Source: Candidatus Omnitrophota bacterium (GTDB lineage: Bacteria > Omnitrophota > Gorgyraeia > Zapsychrales > JBAZNR01). Taken from it: DNA of 64,000 bases. The translations under genes were made by a program, and so were the position numbers. The notes under the pieces are model-generated. The model saw nothing but the letters and a program-made list of their open reading frames with translations, had not been told where the DNA came from and ran no database searches. The stretch covers positions 47,149 through 111,148 of the forward strand of contig JBAZNR010000002.1 in assembly GCA_041649175.1 (NCBI GenBank), written 5' to 3'. Shown piece after piece: positions 9,590-19,633 of this stretch; positions within the stretch are counted from its first letter, which is position 1, and every line of letters begins with the position of its first letter.

Positions 9590-10348
9590 ATGAAGCTGTT
9601 GTGTTGGAATGTGAACGGGATCCGCGCGGTTGAAAAAAAAGGATTTGTGGAGTGGTTAAGAAAAGAATCGCCGGATATTTTATGTATCCAGGAAACGAAA
9701 GCCCATCCCAGCCAGTTGACAGAAGGCCTTTTGCGTCCGGGCCCGTATAAAACATATTGGTCGTCCGCCGAAAAGAAAGGTTATAGCGGCGTTGGGATCT
9801 TTTCTAAAAAAGACGCGGATGTTCAAGAGGGCCTGGGGATAAAGAAGTTTGATTGCGAAGGGCGCGTGCTTGAGGCGGACTATGGAGACTTTGTTCTGTT
9901 CAATATCTATTTTCCTAACGGCGGTGCCGGCAATAAACGTGTTCCATTTAAGATGGAATTCTATGACGCCTTCCTAAAAACAGCTTTAAATTTGCAAAAA
10001 AAGGGAAAAGGGATCATTGTCTGCGGCGATGTTAACACGGCGCATGAAGAAATTGATCTGGCGCGCCCCAAAGAAAATCAAAAGAATACCGGTTTTCTCC
10101 CTGAGGAGCGGGCCTGGGTCACCAAATTTATTTCGCACGGGTTTATCGACACATTCCGTCATTTTGAAAAAGGCGCGCAGCATTATACCTGGTGGGATTA
10201 TAAAACGGGAGCGCGCGCCAGGAATATCGGCTGGAGAATAGATTATTTTTTTATTTCAGAAAATCTATTGCCAAAACTCAAAAACGCGTTTATTTTAAAA
10301 GATGTGATGGGGTCCGATCATTGCCCCATTGGAATTGAAATTAAATAA
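9590..10348 (+). CDS. xth: exodeoxyribonuclease III
   Basis: 252 aa. MKLLCWNVNGIRA N-terminus and C-terminal SDHCPI are typical of the ExoIII/APE1 family. Confidence 0.9.
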   Translation: MKLLCWNVNGIRAVEKKGFVEWLRKESPDILCIQETKAHPSQLTEGLLRPGPYKTYWSSAEKKGYSGVGIFSKKDADVQEGLGIKKFDCEGRVLEADYGDFVLFNIYFPNGGAGNKRVPFKMEFYDAFLKTALNLQKKGKGIIVCGDVNTAHEEIDLARPKENQKNTGFLPEERAWVTKFISHGFIDTFRHFEKGAQHYTWWDYKTGARARNIGWRIDYFFISENLLPKLKNAFILKDVMGSDHCPIGIEIK

Positions 10349-10372
10349 GTTCCTGAAAACTGAGAGGGTGCG

Positions 10373-10732
10373 ATGTCAAAAAAGGTTCTAGTCGTTGATG
10401 ACGATCCGGTCGTTCTAAAGTTAGTAAAATCCCGCCTGGAAGCTAACCAATATGAAGTTACGACGGCTAGCGATGGCGATGAGGGTTTGCAAAAGCTTAA
10501 AACCCAAAAACCGGATCTGATCATTTTAGATGTCGAGATGCCTCGGATGGATGGCTATACGTTTGTTGTCGAATTAAAAAAGCACGATGATCTTAAAAAT
10601 ATTCCTATCATTATTTTGACGGCGAAGGAGCATCTGAAAGACCTCTTTAAGTTGGAAGGTATTCGGGACTATATCGTCAAGCCGTTCAAGGCCGAAAAAT
10701 TCCTCGAAACTGTAAAAAAATATCTCGCCTAG
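10373..10732 (+). CDS. single-domain response regulator (CheY-like receiver)
   Basis: 119 aa. DD...D(54-like)...T...K receiver signature (VLVVDDDP, LIILDVEMP, LTAKE, VKPF). Confidence 0.85.
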   Translation: MSKKVLVVDDDPVVLKLVKSRLEANQYEVTTASDGDEGLQKLKTQKPDLIILDVEMPRMDGYTFVVELKKHDDLKNIPIIILTAKEHLKDLFKLEGIRDYIVKPFKAEKFLETVKKYLA

Positions 10733-10763
10733 AATTACGACTTATCAAACAAAGGAGGATCGC

Positions 10764-11327
10764 GTGAATATCTTTTGTTCACTTTTCATTGTTTTTTCAT
10801 TGGGATTTTTATGCGCGGCTCCTATTAATGCCGCAGAGGCTGTCGCGGAAATTAAACCGACATTGGCAGGCTCTCCTATAGCCGGAGAGGCGGTCTTCGA
10901 GGAAAAAAACGGCGGATTAGATGTTGCGGTTACGCTTGTTAATGTGACGCCGGGCAAGCACGGATTTCATATTCACGAAAATGGAAGCTGTGATGACGAA
11001 GGGAAAGCCGCCGGAAGCCATTTTAATCCTGACGCGGTGGCGCATGGCATGGCCTCAAAGGATGGTTTTGAACATGCGCATGCCGGTGATTTCGGAAATA
11101 TTGAAATAGACGCGGATGGTTTCGGGACGCTTGATTTTTTTATGCCCGGACTAACTTTGACCGATATGAATTCGAAATATAATGTGGTAGGCCGAGCGGT
11201 TATCGTGCACGAAAAAGAAGATGATTTTGGCCAGCCTCTAGGAAACGCCGGCGGAAGAATTGCCTGCGGGATCATTGGGCTGGTGGATATGAGCGCGCAA
11301 ACAACCATCGGAGAACCTGCGCAGTAA
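10764..11327 (+). CDS. sodC: Cu/Zn superoxide dismutase, periplasmic
   Basis: 187 aa. Signal peptide. HGFHIHENGSC and GDFGNIEID metal-ligand motifs. Confidence 0.9.
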   Translation: MNIFCSLFIVFSLGFLCAAPINAAEAVAEIKPTLAGSPIAGEAVFEEKNGGLDVAVTLVNVTPGKHGFHIHENGSCDDEGKAAGSHFNPDAVAHGMASKDGFEHAHAGDFGNIEIDADGFGTLDFFMPGLTLTDMNSKYNVVGRAVIVHEKEDDFGQPLGNAGGRIACGIIGLVDMSAQTTIGEPAQ

Positions 11328-11396
11328 AATTTACCAATGCGGCAAGCAATGGGTGTAAGGGGTTTTTAAAATATTCCCGACGAGATTTTTGCCGAT

Positions 11397-11936
11397 ATGC
11401 TGACAACTCAAAATACGTTCGTTCTTCTCATTGATGTACAAGAGCGCCTGATGGCCCACATCCATAGGGTTGAGGAGTTTAATAAAAATCTCGTTAACTT
11501 CCTTAAAGGTGTCCGCATCTTAGAAGTTCCTTTCATTTTGACCGAGCATGTTCCCGAAAAACTCGGGAAAACCACTTCTCCTATTCTTGAAATCATGCCC
11601 GAAACAATTCCCATTGTTAAAAATACTTTTAGCTGCTGGGGGAACCGGGATTTTAAAAAGTCCGTTAAGAAACTTGGCCGCAAGAAGATCTTGGTTGCCG
11701 GTGTTGAAACCCATGTCTGCGTTTATCAAACCGTTGCCGATCTTGTGCAGGCCGGCTTTGAAGTTCAAGTGGTCAGCGATTGCGTTTCTTCCCGCACCCT
11801 TGACAATAAAAACATCGGCCTTGAGCGCATCAAACATGTCGGCGCGAGCGTTACCAGCGTTGAAACAGCTCTTTGCGAATTACTTAAGATCGCTCAAGGA
11901 GAAAAATTTAAGAAAATCATCCAGCTTATCAAGTAG
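11397..11936 (+). CDS. isochorismatase-family cysteine hydrolase
   Basis: 179 aa. ILVAGVETHVCVYQT catalytic-Cys motif. Confidence 0.8.
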   Translation: MLTTQNTFVLLIDVQERLMAHIHRVEEFNKNLVNFLKGVRILEVPFILTEHVPEKLGKTTSPILEIMPETIPIVKNTFSCWGNRDFKKSVKKLGRKKILVAGVETHVCVYQTVADLVQAGFEVQVVSDCVSSRTLDNKNIGLERIKHVGASVTSVETALCELLKIAQGEKFKKIIQLIK

Positions 11937-11942
11937 GCGAAT

Positions 11943-12452
11943 ATGGGGAAAATCATCATCAAGCAAAACGATATTACCAAAGAAGACGTTGATGTGATTG
12001 TGAACGCGGCGAATACAACACTTCGTGGCGGCGGGGGTGTTGACGGCGCTATTCACCGCGCGGCCGGAAGAAGCGTTTTAGAAGAATGCATTAAGATCGG
12101 CGGCTGTAAAACCGGTGATTGTGCCATGACCAATGCCGGAAAACTAAAAGCCAAACGTATTATTCACACCGTTGGACCGGTTTATTACAACGGAAAAAGA
12201 AATGAGGCGAGTTTTCTTAGGCGTTGTTATCATAACTCTTTTGCGTTGGCCAAAGAACAGCAGCTTAAAACAATAGCTTTTCCGGCGATCAGTACCGGAG
12301 CGTATGGATATCCTATTGAGGAAGCAACACGCATTGCTTTGCAAGAAGGCTTAAAAGCGCAAAATGATTTTGATGAAATTCGTTACGTGTGCTTTTCCGT
12401 GGAAGACTTAGAAATTTATGAGCGGATTTACGGTGAAATGACGCAAGTTTGA
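11943..12452 (+). CDS. macro-domain protein (O-acetyl-ADP-ribose deacetylase, YmdB-like)
   Basis: 169 aa. IVNAANTTLRGGGGVDGAIHRAAG macro-domain signature. Confidence 0.85.
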   Translation: MGKIIIKQNDITKEDVDVIVNAANTTLRGGGGVDGAIHRAAGRSVLEECIKIGGCKTGDCAMTNAGKLKAKRIIHTVGPVYYNGKRNEASFLRRCYHNSFALAKEQQLKTIAFPAISTGAYGYPIEEATRIALQEGLKAQNDFDEIRYVCFSVEDLEIYERIYGEMTQV

Positions 12453-12467
12453 GATCGGAGGAGTTCA

Positions 12468-12908
12468 ATGAAACTAACGAGTCCGGCATTTAGCCACAAT
12501 CAATCTATTCCAAAGAAATATACCTGCCAAGGCGAGAATATCAGTCCGCCGCTAAAAGTAGAGGGCATTCCTCCGGAAACAAAAAGCTTAAGTTTGATCA
12601 TTGACGATCCCGACGCGCCCGGAGGAAATTTTGACCATTGGATCGTTTTTAATATTCCGGTAGTAAGCGAGATCAAAGAAGACGCGATTCCCGGCTTACA
12701 GGGAAGTAATGATTTTGGAAAGTTGGATTACGGCGGCCCGTGTCCGCCTAGTGGTACGCATCGTTATTTTCATAAGGTTTATGCGCTGGATACCATGTTG
12801 AAACTCAACGAAGGTGTTTCCAAGAAACAAGTTGAAAAAGCGATGGAAGGGCATATTCTGGAAATGGCTGAATTGATCGGCTTGTACAAAAAGGAAAGAA
12901 GCTTCTAA
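12468..12908 (+). CDS. YbhB/YbcL-family PEBP (Raf-kinase-inhibitor-like) protein
   Basis: 146 aa. DDPDAPGGNFDHWIVFNIP and GYGGPCPPSGTHRYFHKVYAL motifs. Confidence 0.85.
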   Translation: MKLTSPAFSHNQSIPKKYTCQGENISPPLKVEGIPPETKSLSLIIDDPDAPGGNFDHWIVFNIPVVSEIKEDAIPGLQGSNDFGKLDYGGPCPPSGTHRYFHKVYALDTMLKLNEGVSKKQVEKAMEGHILEMAELIGLYKKERSF

Positions 12909-13051
12909 TGGTGAAAGCACAATTTACTAATCGGCAAAAGAATATTTCCCGCGTGATCAAGGAAAAGCGAAGCTTGCAAAATGATAAAAATAAAACTCGC
13001 GGCGGATTTCGCCTGAATCGCGAAAAGTAGTAAATTTAGATACTTTATAGT

Positions 13052-13078
13052 TTGTAAGATATTCGATTGTGATATAAT
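13052..13078 (+). promoter_or_regulatory. putative sigma70 promoter with extended -10 (TTGTAA-15bp-TGaTATAAT) for sdhCAB
   Basis: -35 TTGTAA at 13052-13057. TGn at 13070-13072. -10 TATAAT at 13073-13078. The sdhC ATG is at 13087, so the leader would be very short, and the 15-bp spacer is suboptimal. Confidence 0.35.
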
Positions 13079-13086
13079 CAAAACCA

Positions 13087-13773
13087 ATGTGTATCGCTAA
13101 ATATATTCAATCTTCCATCGGCAGAAAGCAAATTGTCGCCGTCACGGGCCTTTGCCTTGTTTTATTTATTATCGGGCATTTGGTGGGGAATTTGTTCATT
13201 TACGGCGGCCCCGATGCCTATAATTGGTACGCCGCAAAATTGATGCATTTAAGGCCAGGCCTTTATATTGTTGAATTCGGCCTGGCCCTTATCTTTTTTA
13301 TCCATATTTATTTTACCAGTGTTTTGGTGGCCGAAAATGTCCGCGCTCGAAAAGTGCGTTATGCCGTTAATCAACCCGTCGGAAAACGTTCTTTGGCAAC
13401 AAAGCTTATGCCGTATACGGCGACGTATTTACTGATCTTTCTTATTTGGCATCTTCTTGACTTTACGTTCACCGACCATAGCGCCCAGAAGTATTTTCTT
13501 AACGGCGTTGATCTGGGGCTTTACGGCGTTGTTTATCATGCTTTTGTCGATCCTTGGCATAGTTTTGGTTATATTGTCGCTATGTTTTGCTTAGGATTTC
13601 ATTTAGCGCACGGCATCCAAAGCACGGTTCAAACATTTGGCTATAATCACCCAACGTTTACGCCGCTTATTCAAAATGTCAGCAATGCTTTCGGTATTTT
13701 GATCGCTTTCGGCTATAGCACGATCCCGATCCTTATCATGGCGCATAACGGACGCTATCATCTTTTAGGATAA
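13087..13773 (+). CDS. sdhC: succinate dehydrogenase/fumarate reductase cytochrome b membrane subunit (single-subunit anchor type)
   Basis: 228 aa, 5 TM helices with conserved His. Immediately upstream of sdhA and sdhB. Confidence 0.75.
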   Translation: MCIAKYIQSSIGRKQIVAVTGLCLVLFIIGHLVGNLFIYGGPDAYNWYAAKLMHLRPGLYIVEFGLALIFFIHIYFTSVLVAENVRARKVRYAVNQPVGKRSLATKLMPYTATYLLIFLIWHLLDFTFTDHSAQKYFLNGVDLGLYGVVYHAFVDPWHSFGYIVAMFCLGFHLAHGIQSTVQTFGYNHPTFTPLIQNVSNAFGILIAFGYSTIPILIMAHNGRYHLLG

Positions 13774-13775
13774 TA

Positions 13776-15692
13776 ATGACGACACTGAATTCTAAAATTC
13801 CACCGGGGCCTTTAAAAGATAAATGGACGAAATTTCGTACCAATGTCAAGCTCATTAATCCTGCCAATAAACGTAAATATTCTATTATTGTCGTCGGAAC
13901 CGGTTTAGCCGGCGCTTCGGCGGCGGCATCTTTGGCTGAGCTTGGATACAAGGTCAAAGTTTTTTGTTTGAATGATAGTCCGCGCCGCGCCCATAGCATT
14001 GCCGCGCAAGGCGGAATCAATGCCGCCAAAAATTATCCCAATGACGGCGATAGTGTTGAGCGTTTGTTTTACGATACCATTAAAGGCGGAGATTTTCGCG
14101 CCCGTGAAGCCAATGTGTATCGTTTAGCGGAGATCAGCAATTCCATCATTGACCAATGTGTGGCGCAAGGAGTTCCTTTCGCGCGCGAATATAGCGGTTA
14201 TTTAGAGAATCGTTCTTTCGGCGGGGCACAAGTGTCGCGCACCTTTTACGCGCGCGGACAAACCGGACAACAGCTTTTACTCGGCGCTTACAGCGCTTTG
14301 ATGAAAGAGATCGGCAAAAAAACCATTGAGTTTTATTCGCGCCGGGAAATGCTGGATCTAGTCGTAGTGAACGGCAAGGCGCGCGGCATTGTGGCGCGCG
14401 ATCTTGTATCGGGAAAAATCGAATCTCATAGTGCCGATGCGGTTATTTTAGCCACCGGTGGTTACAGCAATGTGTATTATCTTTCTACAAACGCTAAATC
14501 GCCCAATGTCACTGCCGCTTGGCGCGCGCATAAAAAAGGTGCGTTTTTTGCCAATCCTTGCTATACGCAAATTCATCCCACCTGTATCCCGACGCACGGC
14601 GATTATCAATCCAAATTGACTTTAATGAGCGAAAGCCTTCGTAATGACGGACGCGTCTGGGTTCCTAAGAAAAAAGGTGATGCTCGAAAACCTTCCGACA
14701 TTCCTGAAAATGAACGCGACTATTATTTGGAACGAAAATATCCCAGTTTCGGAAATCTTGTTCCGCGCGACATCGCTTCGCGCGCCGCCAAAGAGCAATG
14801 CGACAAAGGTTTTGGCGTCGGATCGACGGGGCTGGCGGTTTATTTGGATTTCGCCGATTCTATTAAACGGCTGGGAAAAAATGTCATTAAAGAACGCTAC
14901 GGAAATTTGTTCGATATGTATGAAAAGATTATGGGCACCAGCGGCTATGATCAGCCGATGATGATCTATCCGGCTATTCATTACGCCATGGGCGGGCTGT
15001 GGGTGGATTATCATTTGATGAGCAATTTGCCCGGACTTTTTGTTTTAGGCGAGGCGAATTTTTCCGATCATGGCGCCAATCGATTAGGCGCCAGCGCCTT
15101 GATGCAAGGTTTGGCTGATGGATATTTCGTTATTCCCAATACCATTTGCGAATATTTTGCTACCAATTCATTTGAAAAAATAAGTCCCGACGCGCCGGAA
15201 TTTAAGATCTCGGAAAGGGAAGTTTCCGACAAAATTTCTAAACTGCTTTCCATCAAAGGCAAAAAAACCGTCGATGAATTTCATAAAGAATTAGGGCTTT
15301 TGCTTTGGGAAAAATGCGGTATGGCGCGCACGGAACAAGGATTAAAAGATGCGCTTAAAGAAATTGCGCGCATTCGCGATGAATTTTGGAGCAATGTTAA
15401 TGTCTTAGGTTCGGCACAAGATCTTAATCAGGCGCTTGAGCGCGCGGGACGTGTCGCCGACTTTTTAGAATTCGCCGAAACCTTGGTGCGCGATGCGCTT
15501 CATCGAAAGGAATCTTGCGGCGGGCATTTTAGAGAAGAATTTCAAACTCCTGAGGGCGAAGCTAAGCGCGACGATGAGAATTTTTCCTACGTTGCGGCTT
15601 GGGAATTTAAAGGCGTTGGCGCTGAACCTGTTTTGCACAAAGAAATACTGAATTTTGAAGAAGTTCATTTGGCTCAAAGGAACTATAAGTAA
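13776..15692 (+). CDS. sdhA: succinate dehydrogenase/fumarate reductase flavoprotein subunit
   Basis: 638 aa. FAD motif [16 protein letters not shown] active-site region. C-terminal helical domain. Confidence 0.92.
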   Translation: MTTLNSKIPPGPLKDKWTKFRTNVKLINPANKRKYSIIVVGTGLAGASAAASLAELGYKVKVFCLNDSPRRAHSIAAQGGINAAKNYPNDGDSVERLFYDTIKGGDFRAREANVYRLAEISNSIIDQCVAQGVPFAREYSGYLENRSFGGAQVSRTFYARGQTGQQLLLGAYSALMKEIGKKTIEFYSRREMLDLVVVNGKARGIVARDLVSGKIESHSADAVILATGGYSNVYYLSTNAKSPNVTAAWRAHKKGAFFANPCYTQIHPTCIPTHGDYQSKLTLMSESLRNDGRVWVPKKKGDARKPSDIPENERDYYLERKYPSFGNLVPRDIASRAAKEQCDKGFGVGSTGLAVYLDFADSIKRLGKNVIKERYGNLFDMYEKIMGTSGYDQPMMIYPAIHYAMGGLWVDYHLMSNLPGLFVLGEANFSDHGANRLGASALMQGLADGYFVIPNTICEYFATNSFEKISPDAPEFKISEREVSDKISKLLSIKGKKTVDEFHKELGLLLWEKCGMARTEQGLKDALKEIARIRDEFWSNVNVLGSAQDLNQALERAGRVADFLEFAETLVRDALHRKESCGGHFREEFQTPEGEAKRDDENFSYVAAWEFKGVGAEPVLHKEILNFEEVHLAQRNYK

Positions 15693-16435
15693 TGAGCAAA
15701 AAATTAAATATTACTCTAAAGATTTGGCGACAGAAAAACGCTGATGCGCCCGGTAAGCTGGAAACGATCAAAGCCGATGCCATTGATTCGGATATGTCGT
15801 TTTTGGAAATGTTAGATGTCGTCAATGAACGCCTCACAAAATCCGGCTTAGAACCGATCGCCTTCGACCATGATTGCCGTGAAGGCATTTGTGGCGCATG
15901 CGGTGCGGTCGTTAACGGCCAAGCACATGGGCCTTTAAGAGGAACAACGCTTTGCCAGCTTCATATGAGACATTTTAAAGACGGTGACACCATTGTCGTT
16001 GAGCCGTGGCGTTCTCGCGCGTTTAAAGTGATCAAAGATTTAGTTGTTGATCGCGGCGCTTTTGATCGCATTATTTCCGCCGGAGGATTCGTTTCTGTGC
16101 GCACGGGAAGCGCGCCTGAAGCTAACACAATTCCTGTCGCGAAAAAGACATCCGACCTTGCCATGGATGCGGCCGCTTGCATTGGCTGTGGCGCTTGTGT
16201 GGCGGCGTGTCCTAACGCTTCGGCGATGCTTTTTGTGGCGGCCAAGGTTTCGCACTTAGCGCTTTTACCGCAAGGGCAAATAGAAAAGAAAGAGCGCGTT
16301 TTGAACATGGTCAAACAAATGGATAAAGAGGGTTTTGGAAATTGCTCCAACGAATACGAATGCGAAGCCGCTTGCCCTAAAGAAATTAGCGTTGCCAATA
16401 TCGCTCGGATGAATAAGGAATTCTTATCCGCGTAG
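15692..16435 (+). CDS. sdhB: succinate dehydrogenase/fumarate reductase iron-sulfur subunit
   Basis: 247 aa. 2Fe-2[10 protein letters not shown]. 4Fe-4S/3Fe-4[13 protein letters not shown] and CEAACP. Confidence 0.9.
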   Translation: MSKKLNITLKIWRQKNADAPGKLETIKADAIDSDMSFLEMLDVVNERLTKSGLEPIAFDHDCREGICGACGAVVNGQAHGPLRGTTLCQLHMRHFKDGDTIVVEPWRSRAFKVIKDLVVDRGAFDRIISAGGFVSVRTGSAPEANTIPVAKKTSDLAMDAAACIGCGACVAACPNASAMLFVAAKVSHLALLPQGQIEKKERVLNMVKQMDKEGFGNCSNEYECEAACPKEISVANIARMNKEFLSA

Positions 16436-16463
16436 CTCCATAGAAGTTGTTTAAGCCATCCTC

Positions 16464-17840
16464 ATGAGCCTATCAATCGAAAAATCCACCATTCAAAAGT
16501 TCGACACTCCGGGTCCGCGTTACACCAGCTATCCGACGGCGCCCGAATGGGATAAAACCTTTGATCCACAAGTTTATATTCAAAAATTAAAAGAGTTCGG
16601 CCGTAGTCAAAAAAGCCTATCGATCTATGTTCACATCCCGTTTTGCCAATCGCTTTGTTATTTTTGCGCTTGCACAGTGGCTATTCGTAAGCAAGAAGAT
16701 AAATTCGGCGATGAATATCTAGATTATTTATGTAAGGAAGTGGATTTGGTGCGTGCCGCGATTGGACGGCGCGCAGCTGTTAAACAGTTCCATTTAGGCG
16801 GTGGAACGCCGACTTTTTTAACTGAAAAACAACTGGAGCGGCTCTATCATAAGATCGCCGAAAATTTTCTCATTGAAAAAGATGCCGAGATCTCCATCGA
16901 AGTTGATCCGCGCACCATTGATGAATCGAAGGTCAAAAAACTTCGCCAACTTGGATTTAACCGCATGTCGATGGGTGTACAGGATTTTAATGAAGAAGTG
17001 CAAAGGCAAGTCAATCGCATTCAACCCTTTGAAATGGTGAAGGAATTTTCCCGTTGGTGTAGGGAATTAAAGTTTGCTTCTATGAATTATGATCTCATTT
17101 ATGGTTTGCCGGGCCAGACAAGAGCAAGTTTTTTTGACACGGTTGAAAAAGTGATCAAGCTTAAACCCGACCGCATCGCGCTTTATAGTTTCGCGCACGT
17201 GCCGTGGCTTAAGAAACATCAGGGAAAATTAGACGAAAAAGCTCTTCCCATAGCGGATGAAAAGTTGGATATTTTTCTGGAGGCCCGTCGGCAATTTCTG
17301 GAAAACGGCTATCAGGCGATCGCTATGGACCATTTTGCGCTTTCAACCGATGAAATGAGTAAGGCCTTTAACAAGGGAACGCTTTACCGTAATTTTATGG
17401 GCTACACCTTAAAGCCTTCCGATGATTTTTTAGGATTTGGCATGTCGGCCATTGGGTTTATCGAAAATACCTTTATTCATAATTTTAAAACCATTCCGGA
17501 TTATTATGCGCCGCTTCAAAAGAATATTCTTCCTGTGGAGGCCGGCAAAGTTTTAAGCGAAGATGATTCAATGCGTCAATGGGCCATTAATTCGCTGATG
17601 TGCCGGTTTAAGTTGGATAAAAATGAGTTTAAAAATGTTTTCGCGCGTGATTTCAATGAATATTTTTCTTTTGAAGCGGCGCACATCTCCCAGTGTATTT
17701 CCGACGGGATTTTAACCGCGCAAGCGGATACGCTTATCGTGACCGATCTAGGAAAAATATTTATCCGTAATGTCTGTATGGGGTTTGACTGGTATTTGCG
17801 TCAAGAAAAAGGGCATAAAAAGTTTTCACGAACAGTTTAA
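16464..17840 (+). CDS. hemN: oxygen-independent coproporphyrinogen III oxidase (radical SAM)
   Basis: 458 aa. HIPFCQSLCYFCAC radical SAM motif plus C-terminal HemN domain. Confidence 0.88.
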   Translation: MSLSIEKSTIQKFDTPGPRYTSYPTAPEWDKTFDPQVYIQKLKEFGRSQKSLSIYVHIPFCQSLCYFCACTVAIRKQEDKFGDEYLDYLCKEVDLVRAAIGRRAAVKQFHLGGGTPTFLTEKQLERLYHKIAENFLIEKDAEISIEVDPRTIDESKVKKLRQLGFNRMSMGVQDFNEEVQRQVNRIQPFEMVKEFSRWCRELKFASMNYDLIYGLPGQTRASFFDTVEKVIKLKPDRIALYSFAHVPWLKKHQGKLDEKALPIADEKLDIFLEARRQFLENGYQAIAMDHFALSTDEMSKAFNKGTLYRNFMGYTLKPSDDFLGFGMSAIGFIENTFIHNFKTIPDYYAPLQKNILPVEAGKVLSEDDSMRQWAINSLMCRFKLDKNEFKNVFARDFNEYFSFEAAHISQCISDGILTAQADTLIVTDLGKIFIRNVCMGFDWYLRQEKGHKKFSRTV

Positions 17841-17852
17841 AAGGAGGATGTT

Positions 17853-18395
17853 ATGAAGAAAATATTTCTCGCATTATTTTTGACCTTGATCGCCACACCT
17901 TGCTTCGCCGAAGATTTTGCGGTCACCAGCGCGTCGTGGCAAGATGGCGCTATGATGGAGCGCCAATATGTTTTTAACAGCTTTGGCTGTACCGGAGAGA
18001 ATACTTCGCCTCAGGTTTCCTGGCGCAATGCGCCTGAGGGAACAAAAAGCTTTGCCGTAACGGTTTACGATCCCGATGCGCCCACAGGCTCGGGCTGGTG
18101 GCACTGGACGATTTTTAATATTCCGACCGATGTCAGCGATCTTAATGAAGGGGCAAGCGCGAGCGGCGCTTTGCCGGCTTCGGCTGTTCAAGGAAAAACA
18201 GATTTTGGAACCGCGCAATATGGCGGCGCTTGTCCGCCATCGGGTGATAAACCGCATCGTTATATCTTGACCGTTTATGCGCTTGGCATTGATAAGCTTG
18301 ACCTTACAAGCGATGCGTCGGGCGCGATGGTGGGGTATTATTTGAATGCCAATGCTTTAGGAAAAGCTTCGTTAATCGTAAATTATGGAAGATAA
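17853..18395 (+). CDS. secreted YbhB/YbcL-family PEBP protein (second paralog)
   Basis: 180 aa. Signal peptide. YDPDAPTGSGWWHWTIFNIP and GGACPPSGDKPHRY motifs. Confidence 0.85.
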   Translation: MKKIFLALFLTLIATPCFAEDFAVTSASWQDGAMMERQYVFNSFGCTGENTSPQVSWRNAPEGTKSFAVTVYDPDAPTGSGWWHWTIFNIPTDVSDLNEGASASGALPASAVQGKTDFGTAQYGGACPPSGDKPHRYILTVYALGIDKLDLTSDASGAMVGYYLNANALGKASLIVNYGR

Positions 18396-18501
18396 TGAGA
18401 CCCTGCTACATTTTTTCAAAATGTGACAGCGGGGTAAATTCGGTCAAACACTTTACGTTGCTGTCGCTACCGTAAAGCGTGACCTCACTTAGGAGGATCG
18501 T

Positions 18502-19077
18502 ATGAAAAATATTTTTTTAAGAACAACTGGGTTGCTTTTGACGATCATTTTTATGTTTTCATTAATTATCATTTCAAGTGCCTTGGCGGAACCTTTAGGG
18601 TATGTTGCCTATTGGTATGGGAAAGTCAATCAGCATAAGATGATTAATGGAGCCTGGGAAACGGATCCCGATGGTGTCTCTGGAGCGGATATTTATCCCG
18701 ACCTGTATTGTCAAAAGTGGTTCCCGGATTCCCTTGGTGTAAGAGATTTAGGGCCGCAGCTCATTGAAGGATGGAAAAACCAAGGCAATTCCGGAAATTA
18801 TGCGGGTCAAGGCGTTGTTTATGAATGCACCACGCAAGCCGAAGCTAAAATTACAACGCCGGTTGTTGCCTGGGGAACTGGTTTTCCGACCTGGAAACGT
18901 CCCGGAGAACCGACAAATCCCTGCGACCTTGAACAACAAATGTTAGTTCAGGAAAAGCCTTGGAATGGGCCGCATTGCGAGAATGGCGTCATTGTGTCGC
19001 AGCCTAAGAATTCTGACGAGCCTGTGTTTATACCGCGCGCGTTAGATGGCTCTTATAAAGGCTCTTACGATCAATGA
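18502..19077 (+). CDS. hypothetical secreted Cys-containing protein
   Basis: 191 aa with an N-terminal signal/TM segment. No recognisable catalytic motif. Good RBS GGAGGA upstream. Confidence 0.45.
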   Translation: MKNIFLRTTGLLLTIIFMFSLIIISSALAEPLGYVAYWYGKVNQHKMINGAWETDPDGVSGADIYPDLYCQKWFPDSLGVRDLGPQLIEGWKNQGNSGNYAGQGVVYECTTQAEAKITTPVVAWGTGFPTWKRPGEPTNPCDLEQQMLVQEKPWNGPHCENGVIVSQPKNSDEPVFIPRALDGSYKGSYDQ

Positions 19078-19580
19078 TCTTAAAGAAGCACAGTAAGCGC
19101 ATTGTCGGATTTGCGCCCATTGCGGATAAAAATTCCAAAGTGCTTATTTTAGGCTCCATGCCGGGCGTTAAAGCACTTCAAGTGCGAGAGTATTACGGAA
19201 ATCCGCAAAATCATTTTTGGAAAGTAATGACAGCGCTTTTAGGCGCCAAAGCAAATTTAAGTTACGCGGATAAAAAGAAGTTGCTTGTTAAAAACAAAAT
19301 AGCGCTTTGGGATGTCGTTTTTTCTTGTCAAAGGGCAGGTTCTGCCGATTCTGCGATGCGAAATATCCGCCCCAACAATTTTAGAAATTTTTTCAAGAAA
19401 TACGCTAATATAAAGATGATCTGTTTTAACGGCCAAACGGCCGCCAAGATTTTTCAGCGGTTTAATTCGGATATTGATTTACCCAGCATTATTTTGCCGT
19501 CCACCAGCCCGGCGCATACGATCGGATTTAAAAGAAAGTTAAAAGGGTGGGGGAAAATATTGAACGGGCGCAGTTTTTAG
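19074..19580 (+). CDS. DNA-deoxyinosine (hypoxanthine) glycosylase, UDG-superfamily
   Basis: 168 aa. LILGSMPG and YYGNPQNHFW motifs are characteristic of the mismatch-specific and hypoxanthine glycosylase branch of UDGs. Confidence 0.65.
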   Translation: MILKKHSKRIVGFAPIADKNSKVLILGSMPGVKALQVREYYGNPQNHFWKVMTALLGAKANLSYADKKKLLVKNKIALWDVVFSCQRAGSADSAMRNIRPNNFRNFFKKYANIKMICFNGQTAAKIFQRFNSDIDLPSIILPSTSPAHTIGFKRKLKGWGKILNGRSF

Positions 19581-19584
19581 TAAC

Positions 19585-19617
19585 CCTATACAATTTCCTA
19601 TACAATACCTATACGAT
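19585..19617. repeat. three direct repeats CCTATACAAT / CCTATACAAT / CCTATACGAT at roughly 11-12 bp spacing, immediately upstream of fic
   Basis: Exact 10-mers at 19585-19594 and 19597-19606, plus a one-mismatch copy at 19608-19617. One helical turn apart, which is iteron/operator-like. Confidence 0.6.
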
Positions 19618-19633
19618 ATGCTATTCTTAGCTC

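Noticed and set aside
11408-11997. Cluster of overlapping alternative-frame ORFs (11408..11683 -, 11520..11837 -, 11548..11997 +) over the isochorismatase gene
   Set aside because: Only the 11397..11936 frame gives a recognisable isochorismatase catalytic motif. The others are frame artefacts.
15961-16398. 145-aa - strand ORF, and 16040..16259 ORFs on both strands, inside sdhB
   Set aside because: They are GC-rich antisense frames of the Cys-rich Fe-S subunit gene. The sdhB frame has all three cluster motifs.
18396-18501. Hairpin ACATTTT-TTC-AAAATGT (extendable to about 11 bp) after the second PEBP gene, considered as a terminator or riboswitch
   Set aside because: It has no following U-tract and no conserved riboswitch motifs that I can recognise. 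It is probably just an AT-rich intergenic stem.
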